DNA from: Vitrella brassicaformis CCMP3155
Lineage: Eukaryota; Protista; Chromerida
NCBI GenBank assembly: GCA_001179505.1
Contig: CDMY01000624.1
Coordinates: 124,001 to 188,000, forward strand
DNA length: 64,000 nt
Reading direction: 5' to 3'
Both the position numbers and the translations under genes were made by a program. Positions 34,786-48,900 of this stretch are shown here, one piece after another (position 1 is the first letter of the stretch; every line of letters starts with the position of its first letter). The notes beneath the pieces are model-generated. The model did not search any database and had not been told where the DNA came from. It saw only the letters and a program-made list of their open reading frames with translations.

Positions 34786-37556
34786 CTAGCCTGGCTGGCC
34801 ACACACCACTGACCCCCCAGTCTTGCTCTCTGCTATCCGCCTCGAGTCAGCCAGGCTCTCTACGGCCCTGCAGGAAGGCACAAGTGAGTGACACAAGAGA
34901 TGGATGGAGAGGTCGAGTACTCGCGACGAGTGACTTTCCGTACTGAGCTTCTCTTCTCACCTTCTGACGTTGACGTACACAGTTGTCTCATGTTGGTGTC
35001 GGATGGCCGTGGGCAGGCCACTGTCGTCGAGCCACAATGGAGACCACCCGTCCCGCGTCTGCGATCGGCCACCATGCATCTCCTACACAGACACGTGGGC
35101 CCAGCCCAGCCCACCAACACACAGACGACACGACACGATGAGAATACTCACCTGGGATGCATTCATTCAGGTGCGTCAATCAACGTCAGGTATGTACGTG
35201 TGCGAGGGGGGTTGATGGGCTACGGGTGACGGCCTGCATGTGGGGCAGGTCGATGGGCGACGGCAGACCCCGACTCATCTCAACCTGACACGACACACAC
35301 CCGGTGGGTGGTGCTGGTGGTGTTGGTTGGCCTCTCTGTTGCCCACTCCCTCCCTCCCCCACCGTCTGTCCGTGTCCGCCGATGCGTCTGAATGAGAGCA
35401 GGTGTGGGAAGGAGCACCGCAGCTCGACCAACGTCAGCAAAGGAGTGGATCCCACCCACCTGCAGGCAGGCATCGCATCGCATCAATCAATCAACATACA
35501 CACACATCATACAGACAGACAGGCAGCCAGGCTCCTGTATGTGTGTGTGTCCATCGTGTCGGTGCACCGACCCGATGTGGATGTGTGTTAGGTGTTTCCA
35601 CCCGCGCAGGCTGTCAATGTCGTGACGCGTCAGTCGCCAACGACCCCTCAACTGCATCACACGCATCGGATCGCACACACGCACACCAACACACACATCC
35701 GTCTTATCTGCTCTTCCTATGTGTCTGCTGACCTTGAAGGTGTCCATGTGTGGCGTGTGGTGGGCGAGCCTCTGCAGCATCAAGCTGCCCACACGCATGC
35801 TGTCAGCCTCGAGCACACGCAAAGGCGGCCGGCGACGGGCAATCAGCTGCACGAATGAATCAATGAACGACCAGATGCAGCCACAGCCACCCCGACAGCT
35901 GAGTGAGTGATGGTGCATGCGGTGCGGCGTACCCTGACGTGTGCGTCGTCGATTGCGGGCAGGTGGAGCTCCTGCAGATGGCCCATCCCGCCCACGGCCT
36001 CCAGAAACAGACGACCAATGTCCATCACACCCTCACTGTGAGACCTGAGCGTGCCCGACCCAGGTGCACTCATCAGGATGGATGGATGGATGGACGCGCT
36101 TCTCACACCTCATTCACTCACCTCTGTCTGTGTGTCCTGTATGCGGCGTGTTGGAGGCCGGTCATACTTGCCAGCCACGCCACACACCGACGCCGCTCAT
36201 CCACCGACAAAGGATACCACTCCTGTCAGTCAGTGACACTCGCACAACATGCCATAATACATGATGCGTGTGTCACTCACACATACCTCGAAGGTCAGGG
36301 CGAGCCGCTTCAGCCTCGGCGTGGCGTCCGCAGCGGGGAATGCGGCACAGTGGCCGATATGCGTCAGCTCCAGCGACTCGAGATGAGGCAACCGCGGCAG
36401 CAGCACACGCGGCGCCACCCCCTGACCAGAAAGGAACCAAAACACACACGCCATCCAGGAAATGAGGCCACTAAACTCGAGGGCCTTCCCACTCACTAGC
36501 TGACCTCGTGTTGTCCCGCTGTGCGGAAGGACACACGCAGGTGCCGCAAGGTGCCGGCCAGGGGCGCCAGGGCCGTCGCTGATGAAGCCAGAGTAAGGCA
36601 GTTGACCGGCACCAGTTTCCTGCACCGCCGCAGAGACGACAGCAGGATGCCCACATGCTCGCACGGCGCGTGAGAGACGTACAACTGAACAAGAAGGCGA
36701 GGCGTGTTTGTGTCAGTGCTCGCATCGCAAGCCATCACCTCTTGCACGTGTGCGAATCTCGCCGCCATGTTGACGAACTGTCCACGGGGCACACGCGTGA
36801 ACAGCCGATCGACCCATGAGTGGATGCGATGAAGCTCCACTGAGTGGTAGGCCCGCACGTGGCGCGCACACCGCTCGAAGGACCTGCTGACGCGCGCACT
36901 TCGCGAAAGGTTGTGCACACACAGGTAGCTCAGACACGAGAAGAAGAGCTCCTGAACCAACAAAGAAGTATAGCAACTGTAGCTAATTTGGAACAACGCG
37001 CTTTCTTTCTGGAAATTTGTATGTGTGTTCTCTCTGACTGACGAACCTCGGGCAGCCCCAGGCACTGGTGCCGCACGAGCATTGCCTGACCCAAACTGCT
37101 ACCCCTCCTGCCAACCTGCACACACAGGTGGGGTGGGGGCATGCACCTGTCATTCAAGCCACCTCTCTCGCCCTTCCTGACCTGGCCCTCCAGCCCCACT
37201 CGGCGCCGCTTGTCACTCTCGGCCGGTGCGATAGTGTCGGCCGTCTCGTCACCATGTAACACGTCGTCCATATCGCTGCTGCGTGTGTGTGCCAAGAGGT
37301 CCTGGAGGCACTCGTGCGGCAGCTGGCCGGCGTGGATCATCGCGTGCAGCTGCCGCTTGATGGCCAGAAACACTGCATTGTGCTGCAGCAGCCGGGCCAC
37401 GACCTCTCGAGCGTGAAGGTCCAACAGCCGATGCAGAAGCAACCTGCACCACACCATGGGGGACACTCGAGCGTGTTTCATTCGTTTGATTCATTGTGTT
37501 ACATACTTGTGCTCGAGTGTTTCCACCGTCGGCTCATGACGCAGTAGCGTCGCCAT
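34786..37556 (-). CDS. F-box/leucine-rich-repeat protein
   Basis: ATG 37556 MATLLRHEPTVETLEHK|LLLHRLL... The F-box-like segment is ELFFSCLSYLCVHNLSRSARVSRSF. LRR-like segments are LPHLESLEL, PRLKRLAL, GHLQELHLP, PLRVLEA and FPHLLSF. The 3' exons are approximate. Confidence 0.75.
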
Positions 37557-37817
37557 TCACGCAGTGAAGGCGAGCTCAAGGGTTCGAGGGTTTGGGGTTT
37601 CAGCACGAGGGTGTAGGGTTTTGCCATCGCCTGTGGCCATCGCATCTCACGACATGGGCGCAGCCCTGGTGAGCCAAGATCTGCTTAGATCTTCGTCACC
37701 CCGTCGTCCATTCAGCAGCTGTGGCAGCGAGGGACGGCGGAGTGGCTCACAGGACAAAGCTGACTTCCCAGGCTTCTATGTGCACGCTGCAGCGCGTTAC
37801 TGGAGCCGGATCTGCTG

Positions 37818-40800
37818 ATGTGGGCCCTCCATGTGATCGCGATCTGGCTCTCAGCCATCTCCCACCTGCAGATCTGTCCAGGCAGCGCCGGCCGCCCCGC
37901 TTTCCTCTCAGCCCCCCTTTCGCACACGCACAAGCGGCACTGGCACAGTAGCCAGCAGCTTAAGTTGAGTCGTCGGAGGCCACCACGTGCACAATCACCC
38001 TCATCAGCCCTCTCTGCAGCGGCTTTTGACGAGGCGTACTGGGAGGCGGCTAGTGAGTTCTGGCACCATGAGATGGGAGTGGAGTGCCTCGACGACCAGC
38101 GGGAGCTGGTCAAGCTGGCGGTCCACAGGCCATGGCTGCGGGACGTCCCACACATGGCCTCTCAAGTGGCGCAGCTCAGGACAGCCACCGGCCTGCAGCA
38201 GCCGGACCTCGTGGCTCTCATCGCCGAGCTGCCGCAGCTCATGAGCTGGGACCACCAGCACCTCACCGAGAAGCTGCTGGATCTGCAGCGGCTGTTTCCC
38301 TCAACGTCTCTCGAGTCGCTCCTGACGAGGGCGCCCCACTTGCTGGAAGTGCATGCTCACGAGGGGAGCGTGCTGGCCCGGAAGGTGGCCGTGATGCGGG
38401 AGCTGCTGTCCAGCCGGGTGGTGGACCGGCTGGTCGAGTGGTGCCCCACTGTCCTGTCCATGAACGAGACCACCCTGCTGCAGCGCGTCACGGCCATCAG
38501 CAGCTTGCTGCACCTGGATATGGCCGGCCTGCGCAAGATCCTGCTGCAGTGCCCGGCCATCCTGCAGCTCCACCCGGAGGCCAATCTGCAGGTGAGATTA
38601 GAAGGTGGCGAAGGTGGCCATTCATCTGCTGTTCTGTTCTGTTTTGTTCTGTTGTGTGTGTCCGGTCGATGCGATGCAGCCCAAGATTCGGCGTCTTCGC
38701 GAGCTGCTTCCCGGCGCCAATGCCACGCATGTGTTCTCGCAGTGCCCCTCCCTGCTGACCCAGGACTTCGAGTCCTCAATCCCGATGAAGCTGAGGTACC
38801 TAAGGTCGATGCTGCCGACTATCGACACGCAGAAGCTGGTCATGGACGCGCCCTTCCTGCTCTGCCGCGACGTCGAGACCACCCTGCCCGAGAAGATCCA
38901 AGCAATGAGGGCGTTCCTGCCCGCAAACACAGATGTCGGCAAAGTCGTCAGCAAGGTGGGCGGGCCTGGACTGGCCTGGCACAAACGAAGGAGGAGAGAG
39001 CCGAGTGCACGCACTTGCATTGGACTGGAGATGTGTGTGTGTGTGTGCAGTTTCCGAATGTGCTGGCGTATGACGTCAAGGGCACCCTGACGGGGCGGTT
39101 CAGGGCTTTGGCTGAGATGTTCGGCGAGGCCGATGCGACGCAGGTCGTCAAGCGCCTGCCGGCCCTTCTGTGCTTCGACCCAGCCACGTAGGCACACACG
39201 CAGACAGACAGACAGACCTGCATGTGCGTGCGCATCCATCTCGTGTGTCTCATTGATTGACTGATCGGTATGTTCACACAGGTGTATCGCCCCTCGTCTG
39301 GCTGAGCTGCAGCACCTGTTCCCCCTGTGTGACGTGAAGAAGCTGGTGGTGCGGCAGCCCACCATTCTGCTGGTCAGCACAGCAAAGCACAGCCACCAGC
39401 CATGGACCGGACCCTTGCGGGTTTGTGTGTGTGTGCGTGTGTGTGTCAGATGGTCAAGAAGAGGATCTTTGTGAAGCTCTGTGACCTGGAGACCCTCCTG
39501 CCAGGCGTGGACGGCTCGCGACTCGTCAGCAAGGCGCCACGCCTTCTCGCCTGTGACATCAAGAACACCGGTGGGCGCGGCGCAGAACAGCACACGACAC
39601 ACGACAGATCGATCCGCATTGTCTGCACCTCCCTGCGCCTGCCTGCCTGCCTGCCTGCCTGCGTGTGTGTGTGTGTGTGTGTCTGTCTATATCAGTGGCG
39701 TCTCACGTGCGATCGCTGCAGTGGCTGCTGGGCGTCTCAGACGAGGAGCTCTTGCGTGTGGCGCAGCGGTGCCCCGGCGTGCTGGTCTCTGACGTCGATG
39801 GCACCATCGCAGAGAAGCTCGAGCAGATCCCACGGGTATTCCCATCGGCCGATGTGTCCGCCCTGGTGGTCAAGGAGCCCAGGCTGCTGGAAATGGACAT
39901 CAAAGGGACGCTCGCAGCCAAGGTCGACGGCTGGCGGAGAAATGTCAACGACCCCGCGGCTCTCGACGCCCGCCTGCTGGAGCAGCCGAGCATCCTCACC
40001 TACGGCGTGGCGTCGGTCGCAAGGCTCGACCACCTCAACAAACAGCGACCACCCAGGACGCGCAAGCTCGACGTCGGCGAGACCTTCTCGGCCATCAAGA
40101 TGAGCTGTGACAAGTTCGCCCAACGACACCCGCAGTACGCGTCGTTTCTGCAGCGGCAGCTGGCGGGCGTGTCGATGCCTCGCCACAAGGCTGGTTCGTC
40201 TGTGTCTGTATCTGTGCGTGAGCTGGAGTCGGTGTACGCGAAGACGCACATCGACCGCAACAGGGTGATGAAGCGGATGGACGGGCAGGGCATGAAGGCC
40301 TCAGAGATCGACATCTTCATGCACGACCTCCTCAGCGCCGAGAAGCGCATCCGCACCCTCCTCGTCGGCGGCGACCTCAGGTACATGGCATGAAGACGAA
40401 GAGAGACCCGACACATGTATCACATCACGCCAACACAACCCTGGCTCTGTGTGTCAGAGCGATTAAGTTGCGTGATCTGCTGCCGGGCATCGATGCGGCC
40501 AAGGTCATGGCAGAGAACCCGAAGCTCTTGCTGGAAGATGCCGACACCCTCACTCGGCGAATGGAGCAGCTTCGCCGCCTCCTGCCGGGCGTCAACGTGC
40601 CCCGCGTCATCGCCGAGTGCCCCAAGCTGCTGCACGCCAGTGTCGAGAGGGACGTGCGAAGGCGGCTGGAGGGGCTGGTGGAGGAGCTGACGCGCCTCAA
40701 CGGCGGGGAGCGGCCTCCCAAGGGCCAGGTGTCGAGCATGGTGCTGCACGCGCCGCAGGTGCTGCTGACGGATGGGATGGTGGAGAGGTGCCGATTGCTC

Positions 40801-41205
40801 GAGTCGATGGTTGAAGATCCGGAGTCGCTGTGTGCGCGGCTGCTGCGGGATCCACGGCTGCTGAGTGTGCCGATGACGTCTCTCGCCCGAGTTGCCTACT
40901 GGCACAGCGAGACGCCGTCAGGGCTGCAGGTGGAGCAGCTGTCTATCATCCTCAAGTCGACACGAAGGCGGTTCGTCGAGAAAAACCAAGGCTACCCAGA
41001 ATTCCTGACGGTGAGTGAACTAACTGTGAAAGATGTATACCCTACAGACGCTGTCGGTCGCCCGATGTGTGTGTGGTGGGAATGTCTGTCTGGTTTGGGT
41101 GTGCAGGCCGAGTTGGTGTCGAGAGGGATGTCCCGTGAGCGAGCGGAGCGGATGTCTGTGGTGCAGAGGGAGAAGGCTGTTGTCGATGCGCTGTTCACTG
41201 CATGA
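37818..41205 (+). CDS. mTERF-like repeat protein with a bipartite (signal plus transit) plastid-targeting leader
   Basis: Leader MWALHVIAIWLSAISHLQICPGSAGRPAFL followed by a Ser/Arg-rich stretch. About 17 repeats of the form K/R-L-x-x-L-x-x-L-(L/F)P...L/V-x-x-x-P-x-L-L. The apparent stop at 40393 lies in an intron (GGDLR|AIKLRD); the real TGA is 41203-41205. Confidence 0.8.
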
Positions 41206-41609
41206 GTGAATGAGGAAAGGATCTGTGGGCTGCCGACGAATAAATAGATAGGTGTACAGGGGTGTGGGTCCATCGATTTTTCGACCGTATGATGAAGCAA
41301 GAAGGATTGGCTACTGCCAAGAGAGACCACACCACCCACACACAGAAGATTTTGTGCATGAATGGATCGTGATCGTCGTCATGATCCATTCATTGCCTAG
41401 TCTTGTGGTCTGTGTGTGTTGTGGTCTCGTAACTAAGATACACCGCGAGGATTGAAGTTAGCCAGCGACAAGTCAACCAGTATACACACACACATATATG
41501 CACAGCCCATCCATCCATCCATCCACACACCAACCACGTATAGTTCGGGAATCGTCGTCGCTTCCCCATCCATTCCCCAGCTCATCCCGATTCATCATTA
41601 ATTCATCGG

Positions 41610-42768
41610 TCAGTCAGGTACCGACATGCGCTTGACGGGGCTGCTCTCAGGGCTGCTCATCCGCCGCTCCTCACCAGCAGTCGCCTGGACCACCCCTTTC
41701 TCAGGGGACCAGCTCTCCCGCCCTGCGTCACCCTCACCACTAAATGAGTCCCCATCGGCATGGGCTGAAGACGGCCGTGGAGAGGCCCCGGCGTGCGGTT
41801 GCTCGCTGGGGTCCATGGACGGCTGCCTGGCGCGTTTCCTGGAGAGGGGCGAGTGCGCCTCCATGCTCACGGGTGAGTTCTCATCCAAGTCATCCTCTGC
41901 ACAGGTCGGTGGAAAGCGGCGGCTGTAGTCGAAGTCGCTCGCCTGGAAGGCCTGGCCGTCGCCCACTCTCGCCCACCTGCACGCACAACAAACAGACAGA
42001 CAGATGGTCGGAAGCAGGTCCATTGCACGAGTGCCATCCACCCACCCACCCACCGACCCACCTCTGCCAAATCTCATCCATGAGTGGCGCCACGCCAAAT
42101 GCGTCCCGCATAAAGTCGTGGTCGAAGCGGAGCGTGGCGTCGATCGTGTCGAGGGCCGTGTCCACAGACAGGTCGTCAAATACATCCATGGCCTGCCACA
42201 GGCACCTGAAGGCGACAGTGGTCGGCACATCCTCAGAGGCGAACAGGCCGAACAGGTTTGCGCGCGAGTCGGCGGAGAAATAGAGCACTCCGCCGTCGAA
42301 GGGCATCTTGTGCCGCGTGCGGGCATCCACCTTGTCACCCGCTAGCCGCAACACATCTGATGGAACCATGGCAGTGCAGAACATCGGCTGTGTCAGTCAT
42401 GTGCTGCCTGCGTGTTGAGTGGGTGTGCGCACCAGAGAAAACTTCCTGATAGTAGCCTTCAAGCGCATCAGGGCTGTACATTGGGAAGCTTCGCGAATAG
42501 AAGGAGGTTGATGGACGGTCTGTGTGCCGTGCTGCAGTGAAATACTTGATGCCCTTGCGGCGCCTCGACAGATCAACAGCAGCTTCATGCTCTTCCTCCG
42601 GACTGATCTCTCTGCCGCACAAACGCAGCGCCACAACGTGCAGGCTGTCTGTTGCGTTATATGTGTGCAGCATCTTTTCGTATGTGCGTACTCAGTGCTG
42701 CCGGGCTGAAACGCGCTGCCGAGCCAGTCTTCAACGCTGTCGAAAGCCGAGGATCTCAAATACGCCAT
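41610..42768 (-). CDS. Hypothetical protein (about 4 exons) with a low-complexity Ser/Pro C-terminus
   Basis: MAYLRSSAFDSVEDWLGSAF...; LHVVALRLCGREISPEEEHEAAVDL...; MFCTAMVPSDVLRL...DEIWQR|WARVGDGQAF...KRMSVPD. No family recognised. Confidence 0.65.
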
Positions 42769-42922
42769 CTGCGCCTCGCCTTTCCGACGCGGCTAAACCC
42801 TCCATTTGCCGTTGGAATCTGCGAATGCACAGTGGAGGAGCCTTGCAAGGCCTTTTGGACGGCAGCTGAGTGCGAGGGCTCGGTACTGCCAGGACGGCTG
42901 CACACTTGAGAGAACATCGGCC

Positions 42923-45900
42923 ATGAACCGCCTCCCCCGTTCTGCCCTTGCCAGCCGCAATGCTGGTGTGCCTATTTGTCGGGCGCCGCTGCGCCTCGTC
43001 GTCATAGCTGCCCTCATTCATGCCACACTGTTCACTACTCATCGAGTAGAGGCTGCCGACATCACCATCAAGCTGGCGGTGATGTTCCCCGGCAACTGGG
43101 GTGAGTCACGATCACAAGAAGGCACTCTCTCAAATCTCAATGTGTCACTTTTGGTTTGCAGGCTCTCCCAACTTCTTTCCCACACTGCTGTGGGGTCCGG
43201 GGTCCACTCAATGGACCTACAATAACATTTGGGCGCCGATGGAGTATTTCCTCGACGGCATCAACAACGGCAAGTGGACCACTCTGATGCTCGGCAACCA
43301 GACGGTCGAGCTTAACATCGACATGTTTGATGTCGACATCATCCAATGGGACTATCTGCCGCCCGAATGGCTGACCGCCTTGACCAACGACACTTATCTG
43401 GCTATGATCTACTTTGGCATTCCACCGAGATTCTTTGAGCCTTTTCGTGACCCGGAGAAGCAGGGCTTCCTGCGCATCACTGGCTGGAGCAGCCCCGATT
43501 ATGCCGACCAGCCACCGGGGGCCCTACAGCTGGAGAAGAACCTCGCCGTCCCCAGTCGATTTCAGGTGTTCACAAAGATGTTCATCAACAGAGGCATCAC
43601 AAGGGTGGCGATGGTCACACACGATCCGCTCGATAATCTCGGCCCGTCGGCCTACACGGCGCCATTGATAGAGCAGCTGCAGGAGGATGGCCTTCAGGTG
43701 GTTTATGACTATCGGAACATCACGCAGACGTCCATCACGTATTTCGGCAACCAGACGCGGGCAGACGTGCAGCCGGCGCTCGACCAGGGGTTCATCACTA
43801 ACGAAGTCATGTTTGCCGACCCGCTGAACATACAGACGCTCAAGGACTATTCAGCCGGCACGGGAAACCGTCTTGCCGAGGACCTCATCAGCGCCATTAT
43901 GCAGTCGAATGCAGAGGTCTTGTTCGTCTCGATAGAGGGCACCGACCTGGCAAACGACAATGAGGACTACAAGACCTTCGTCCGCCTGGTTGCAGAAAGA
44001 GAGGTCAACGTCAAGGTATGGAGGAAAGAGACATGTGTACGGATGGATGGATGGATGTATTACGTCGATTCAAGCGATGTGTGTGGCTGGTTTGCCTGTC
44101 TTGCAGGCGTGGATATGGATGGAGGCGAGTCTGGAGACGGACTGGTTCAGCGACGGTCCCGGTTTCGACACCAACTTTTTGCTCGACATCCGGGAGTTCG
44201 ACCCGCGCATCCAGCTGTTTGACGACCTGCTGCAGGTGTACACCCGGGACGTTATCGAGGACTTCCGCATCAGCTTCTGGAACCCAGAGGGTCGCACACT
44301 CAGCCAGAGGGACGACCAAGCCATCCGACCACGTGAGCGAGCATGCAATGAATCCAGTGCGCGAAGAGAGGAAAAAGGGGGTAGCCGTATCGATTTGATC
44401 GTTTGCGTGTAGTGCATTTCATTGCGACGATCGTCTCCAAGCTCTCATTCTGGAGCGACGACATGCAAACCAATCGGGTGTGTCGTGACGATAGTCCGTG
44501 TGTCTCATTCATTTATGTCAGCCTCCCCGTCTCACTCAGGATAATGTGCGTGTGGGCTTCTACCAGCGCGTGTTCAATACGTTCAGCGGGTCTGAGATGC
44601 GCATCCTGTCGGACAATACCGTGTCGACGCCGTCGCTTGCCGCCCAGATACAAGGCTCCGAGTGGAGGATCGTCAGCCCAGCCACGCTGGCACAGACACT
44701 GGTGGTGCTCCCCATGCCTACCTTCCAGTCGCGGAGAGGATGCCCGCCGGGAAGCTTCAACACAGGTAGGGATCGAGACACGGGTCTCCGCGATCGAGAC
44801 ACGGGTCTCCGCCGAGACACGGGTCTCCGCCGAACGAAACAGGCGCTTTGCGGTGTGAGCAGGTCTTGAGTGCCGGAACTGCTCAGCCAACACATTCAAC
44901 AACCAGACCAACTCAACCAGCTGTCAACTGTGTCCAGCAGGTTGGGCAGCCGGCGTATTATGCGTCCTTCGGTCATTTCTCTGTGTGTCTCTCATGGTGT
45001 GTCAAGGTTTTGGTCAGCTGCTTGAGGGCGAGACGTCATGCGAGATGTGTCTACCAGGATATGCCAACTCTGGCAACTCGATCCTTGGCTGCGTCATCTG
45101 CCCGGCCGGCACGAATGCGTCGGAGCCCGCCTCGACATCTTGCTCGCGATGCCCGCGGGCCTACTACCAGAACGAGACGGGGGCGACCACGTGCAAGAAC
45201 TGTAGCACGAGCAGGACAACCGACAACCTGGGAAGCACATCCGTCAAGCAATGTGTGTGCAAGGAGGGCTACTATTTCTCAGGTCAGCGGCCGAGTCAGA
45301 TGGATGCACTGATACTGCTGATTGAGCTGATTGATGCAGGGATATTTGAGAACGGCTTCGACGGACGTGAGTTGGACAGCATGGACTTGCCGCAGACCGA
45401 CATTCCTCCAGGCAGCTGCAGGAGATGCAACCCCCGACTGTATAAGTGCAGAGGTGCGCAGGCACGCGAGCAAAGAGAGACAGACGGTACGCCGCAAGTC
45501 ACGCTCTCTTGCACACGTGTCTCAGGAAGGTTCGAGCAACCGATGGTAACATGATAACAAACATTGACCGCAAAGAATGCATCCTGCCGCGCGCGCGTGT
45601 GTCTGCTTTTGTGTGTTTGAGTAGGCTATGGAAGGCTTCTACATCGAGGGATACACCATAAGAGACAGAAACGACTTCCCGTAAGCCAAACAATCACACA
45701 CGAATACAGAGGCCTGCAAAACGCCGGTGATTGCATATCAGGGTGACCTATGAATGCAATCCTCGAGAGGCATGTACGCATAGACGCACACCCGTAGAGA
45801 GGGAATGATGTTTGCCGCTGCCATGTGTGTTCCACAGGCCCCGGTGGCGAGCCGCGCAGCTGCAAGAAGCACCGAACCGGCCTTGTGTGCGGCAGATGCA

Positions 45901-48900
45901 AGAAGGGATATTCCAAAGTACACACCAAGAGAGACGCCATAACACAGGCAGATAGATGATCGATTATGGTCTCTGCATTGTACGAACGCAGTCGAGAAAT
46001 GGTGACTGTACCAAGTGCACTTTCAGAGGGTCGCCTGTCGTCCTGCTGACCATCTTACTCATCGGTGACCCAGTAAAAGAAGCAATCCGGCACACGCAGG
46101 CATTGCCCTTTTCCCCCTCCCTGCAGTAATGCTTCCAGTAGCGGGATTATTCTACTCGAAGACGAGCTATGAAGACCCCAAGAGACGAGCCAGTCAAGCT
46201 TTGGATCAGTCGAGCCAAAGCGCCACGACAGCCAAGAGCGACAAGGGGGCGGACGACCCAGACAAGGCGTTTCTGATCGTTCTGTCCTTCGCACAACACA
46301 TCGGCATCATCAGCAGCTTCAACCTCAAGCTGGAGATTCAGGTGCTGACGCTCCTCAGCATTCCAAGGTGGGTGCGTGGGAGCGGGGCGTGGTTGACGGT
46401 TTCCATCCTCCTCTCTTTCTCTTGCCCTTTCTCGTCTGCTCGTGCAGGCTGTTCATGCTTGATGCCAGCATTGTGGGTCTGTCGTGGTGAGAGACGTGGG
46501 ATTGGGGCAACACAACGGAGAGAAGAGCGTGTTTGTTGTCTCTGTATTCGTGTTGTAGCTGGGGGCTCGAGTCGTTCGGCTCTCAGCTGATGCTGGTGTC
46601 GTCCATCCCCTTCTTGTTCGTCGTGGCGATCACAATCGTCCACTTCGGATTCGAGGCAATATCACTAACCAACTGATCCATTGCATGCAGTCCACGTTAG
46701 TATGCATGTTCATGTCTCCAGGCGTTGCTGCGTTACGGCGACAAGTGCGACTGCATGAACCCAAGCCTCATCCGAGGGGGGAGGCGGACGGCCTGGCTGC
46801 TGTGGTTCAGAAGACAATTCATCGATGGCACACACGGGCTGGGGCTCATCAGAGTGAGGATAAGCCAACCGCCAACTGTTGAATCGCACATCGTCCTTGA
46901 CATCAGATTCTGGCCACGGCCGCCCAAGTGAGCTCGTTCCTGTATGTGGCCCTGACATCGATCGCAACCACACACGTCGACTGCTTTAGAGTGAGCCAAC
47001 AGACCACGAAATGTGCTCACCGGCCGCAATCATTTTGTGTGAAATGCCAGCATCCGTCGGGCGACTCGACTGTGCGAACTCACCCATACGTGATTTGTGA
47101 CTTCACATCGGTACGTCGCCAGCCAAAAGACAGTCACATGGCACGTCTGAGTGGATGCATCGAATTGCAGAAGAGGGGTCAGGAGTGGCGAGACCAGATT
47201 TGGCTCTCAGCCGGAGGTACCTTGACTGGCCACACGTCAAGGTCTCTCCTTTCTGTGTGCCTGCTCTTCTCATGCAGCCATATTCCTGTACATCGTGAGT
47301 CCGTACGTTGCGTCCATCGTCATCTCATTCAAGATGTCAAACATCATTGAAAAGACGAAAAGCAAAGGCGGCGAAATCGATGGTCCGTCGGCTGAATGGA
47401 GGCACACACACTCACTCACATACACACACACAAACCCTGTCTGGTGTGCAGAGTTTGATCAGATCTTCAAGAGTGCGTTTCGCTATGTGGTCGGCAAGTA
47501 CAGACACGGCATGGTCTGGTGGGAGTGCATCTGGATGGTGGGCGAGACACACACACACATACACATCCTTGCTGTAGGACCGCTGTCTGTCTGGCTGTCT
47601 GTTCATTTGTCTCACCCAGGCGCGCAACATGTCGCTGGCTCTGTCGACTGTGATCGTACCCAACATCGGACAGGTGGTCGACCCACGAAATCGGCACTGG
47701 GTAGCATGAATGGCTCTGTTGTTTGCAGCTGCAGTTGCTCTATTACGGTGTCATCTTGACGTTCTATGCCTTCGCATCGATGACTTTTTCGCCGTGGCGA
47801 CGCACCGCCAATAGCAAACTGGACATCGCACTCACTGTAGGGGAGAACGCCGAGAAGCACACGAGATACAATCACCTTGTCTGTGTGTGCAGGTGCTGCT
47901 GATGCACATCGTCACGCTGATCGGACTCTTCTATACCTTTGACCTGGTCAGGAAGCAAACCTGAAAGGGCAGAAGGGAGAGAAAGACACACATGTTCTGT
48001 GTCTCCTGGCCGACTGATTTGGACCGCTCAGCCTGATGATATCAATTCTCGCGTCGCACGCCACGCAGCAGGTATATGACCAGACCAAAAGGAGAGAGAC
48101 ACATGCATCATCCCACGTCACCCTCTCACTCAGGCATATTGCTGTTCATCGATTTGCTCTTGATCGTGCCGTTTGTGTGGATGATGGGCTCCCGCGGCGC
48201 CCACCAGTCCGCCAAGGGCCTCCCAGGCTTTTTTATCAACTCCAAGTGGCTGTCACTCATGACTTCTCCACACACGAAATCGAGTGTGCAGCACACCATC
48301 ATCGACGCCAGCAGCGGCGGCCACTCGGCGCGCATCGGCGGGTCTGTCGTGTCGGCCAGGACGGACCACACAGAGGTTCACCAGCACATTCAGGTCGAGA
48401 GCGGCATGCGCCCGTCCGGCGTGTCCATTATGACACCGGATGAGATCGTTCCCTACCACGAGAGGGAAAGGCGGAAACACAGCAGCAAGGGCGGCAACCG
48501 CAAAGGCAGCAGAGGGCGAGCGTCGCGGGTGTCCATCAACACCGACGTGGATGACCTCCACGGATCACCACCACCGGTGGACGAACAAAAGGGAGAGGGA
48601 GAGGGAAGCGACAATTCTCTCAGCCCCCGCCCACCGCCCCAGCCACGCATGAGCGACATGGGCCCATCGCCACACGACATCAGCGATGGTGGCCAGCGGC
48701 GAAGCTCTGCGTTCTCGTCCTGTTTGCTCGATGAAGATGAGGGGGACTCTGCCAGCAATGCGGACCACGGCGGCCCACACGCGGGCGACACTTACAGACA
48801 GGGGAGGAGGGACTCTGATTGGGAGGGCGACATCTCAGAGAGGGCCCATGTACTCGCAATGAACGACAGAACGGTATGCATGCACATGATGGAATGGCCA

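Noticed and set aside
40390-41205. Apparent separate gene downstream of the mTERF ORF
   Set aside because: A phase-compatible intron (ctcag|gtacat...gtcag|agcg) joins it to the upstream repeats, so it is treated as one gene.
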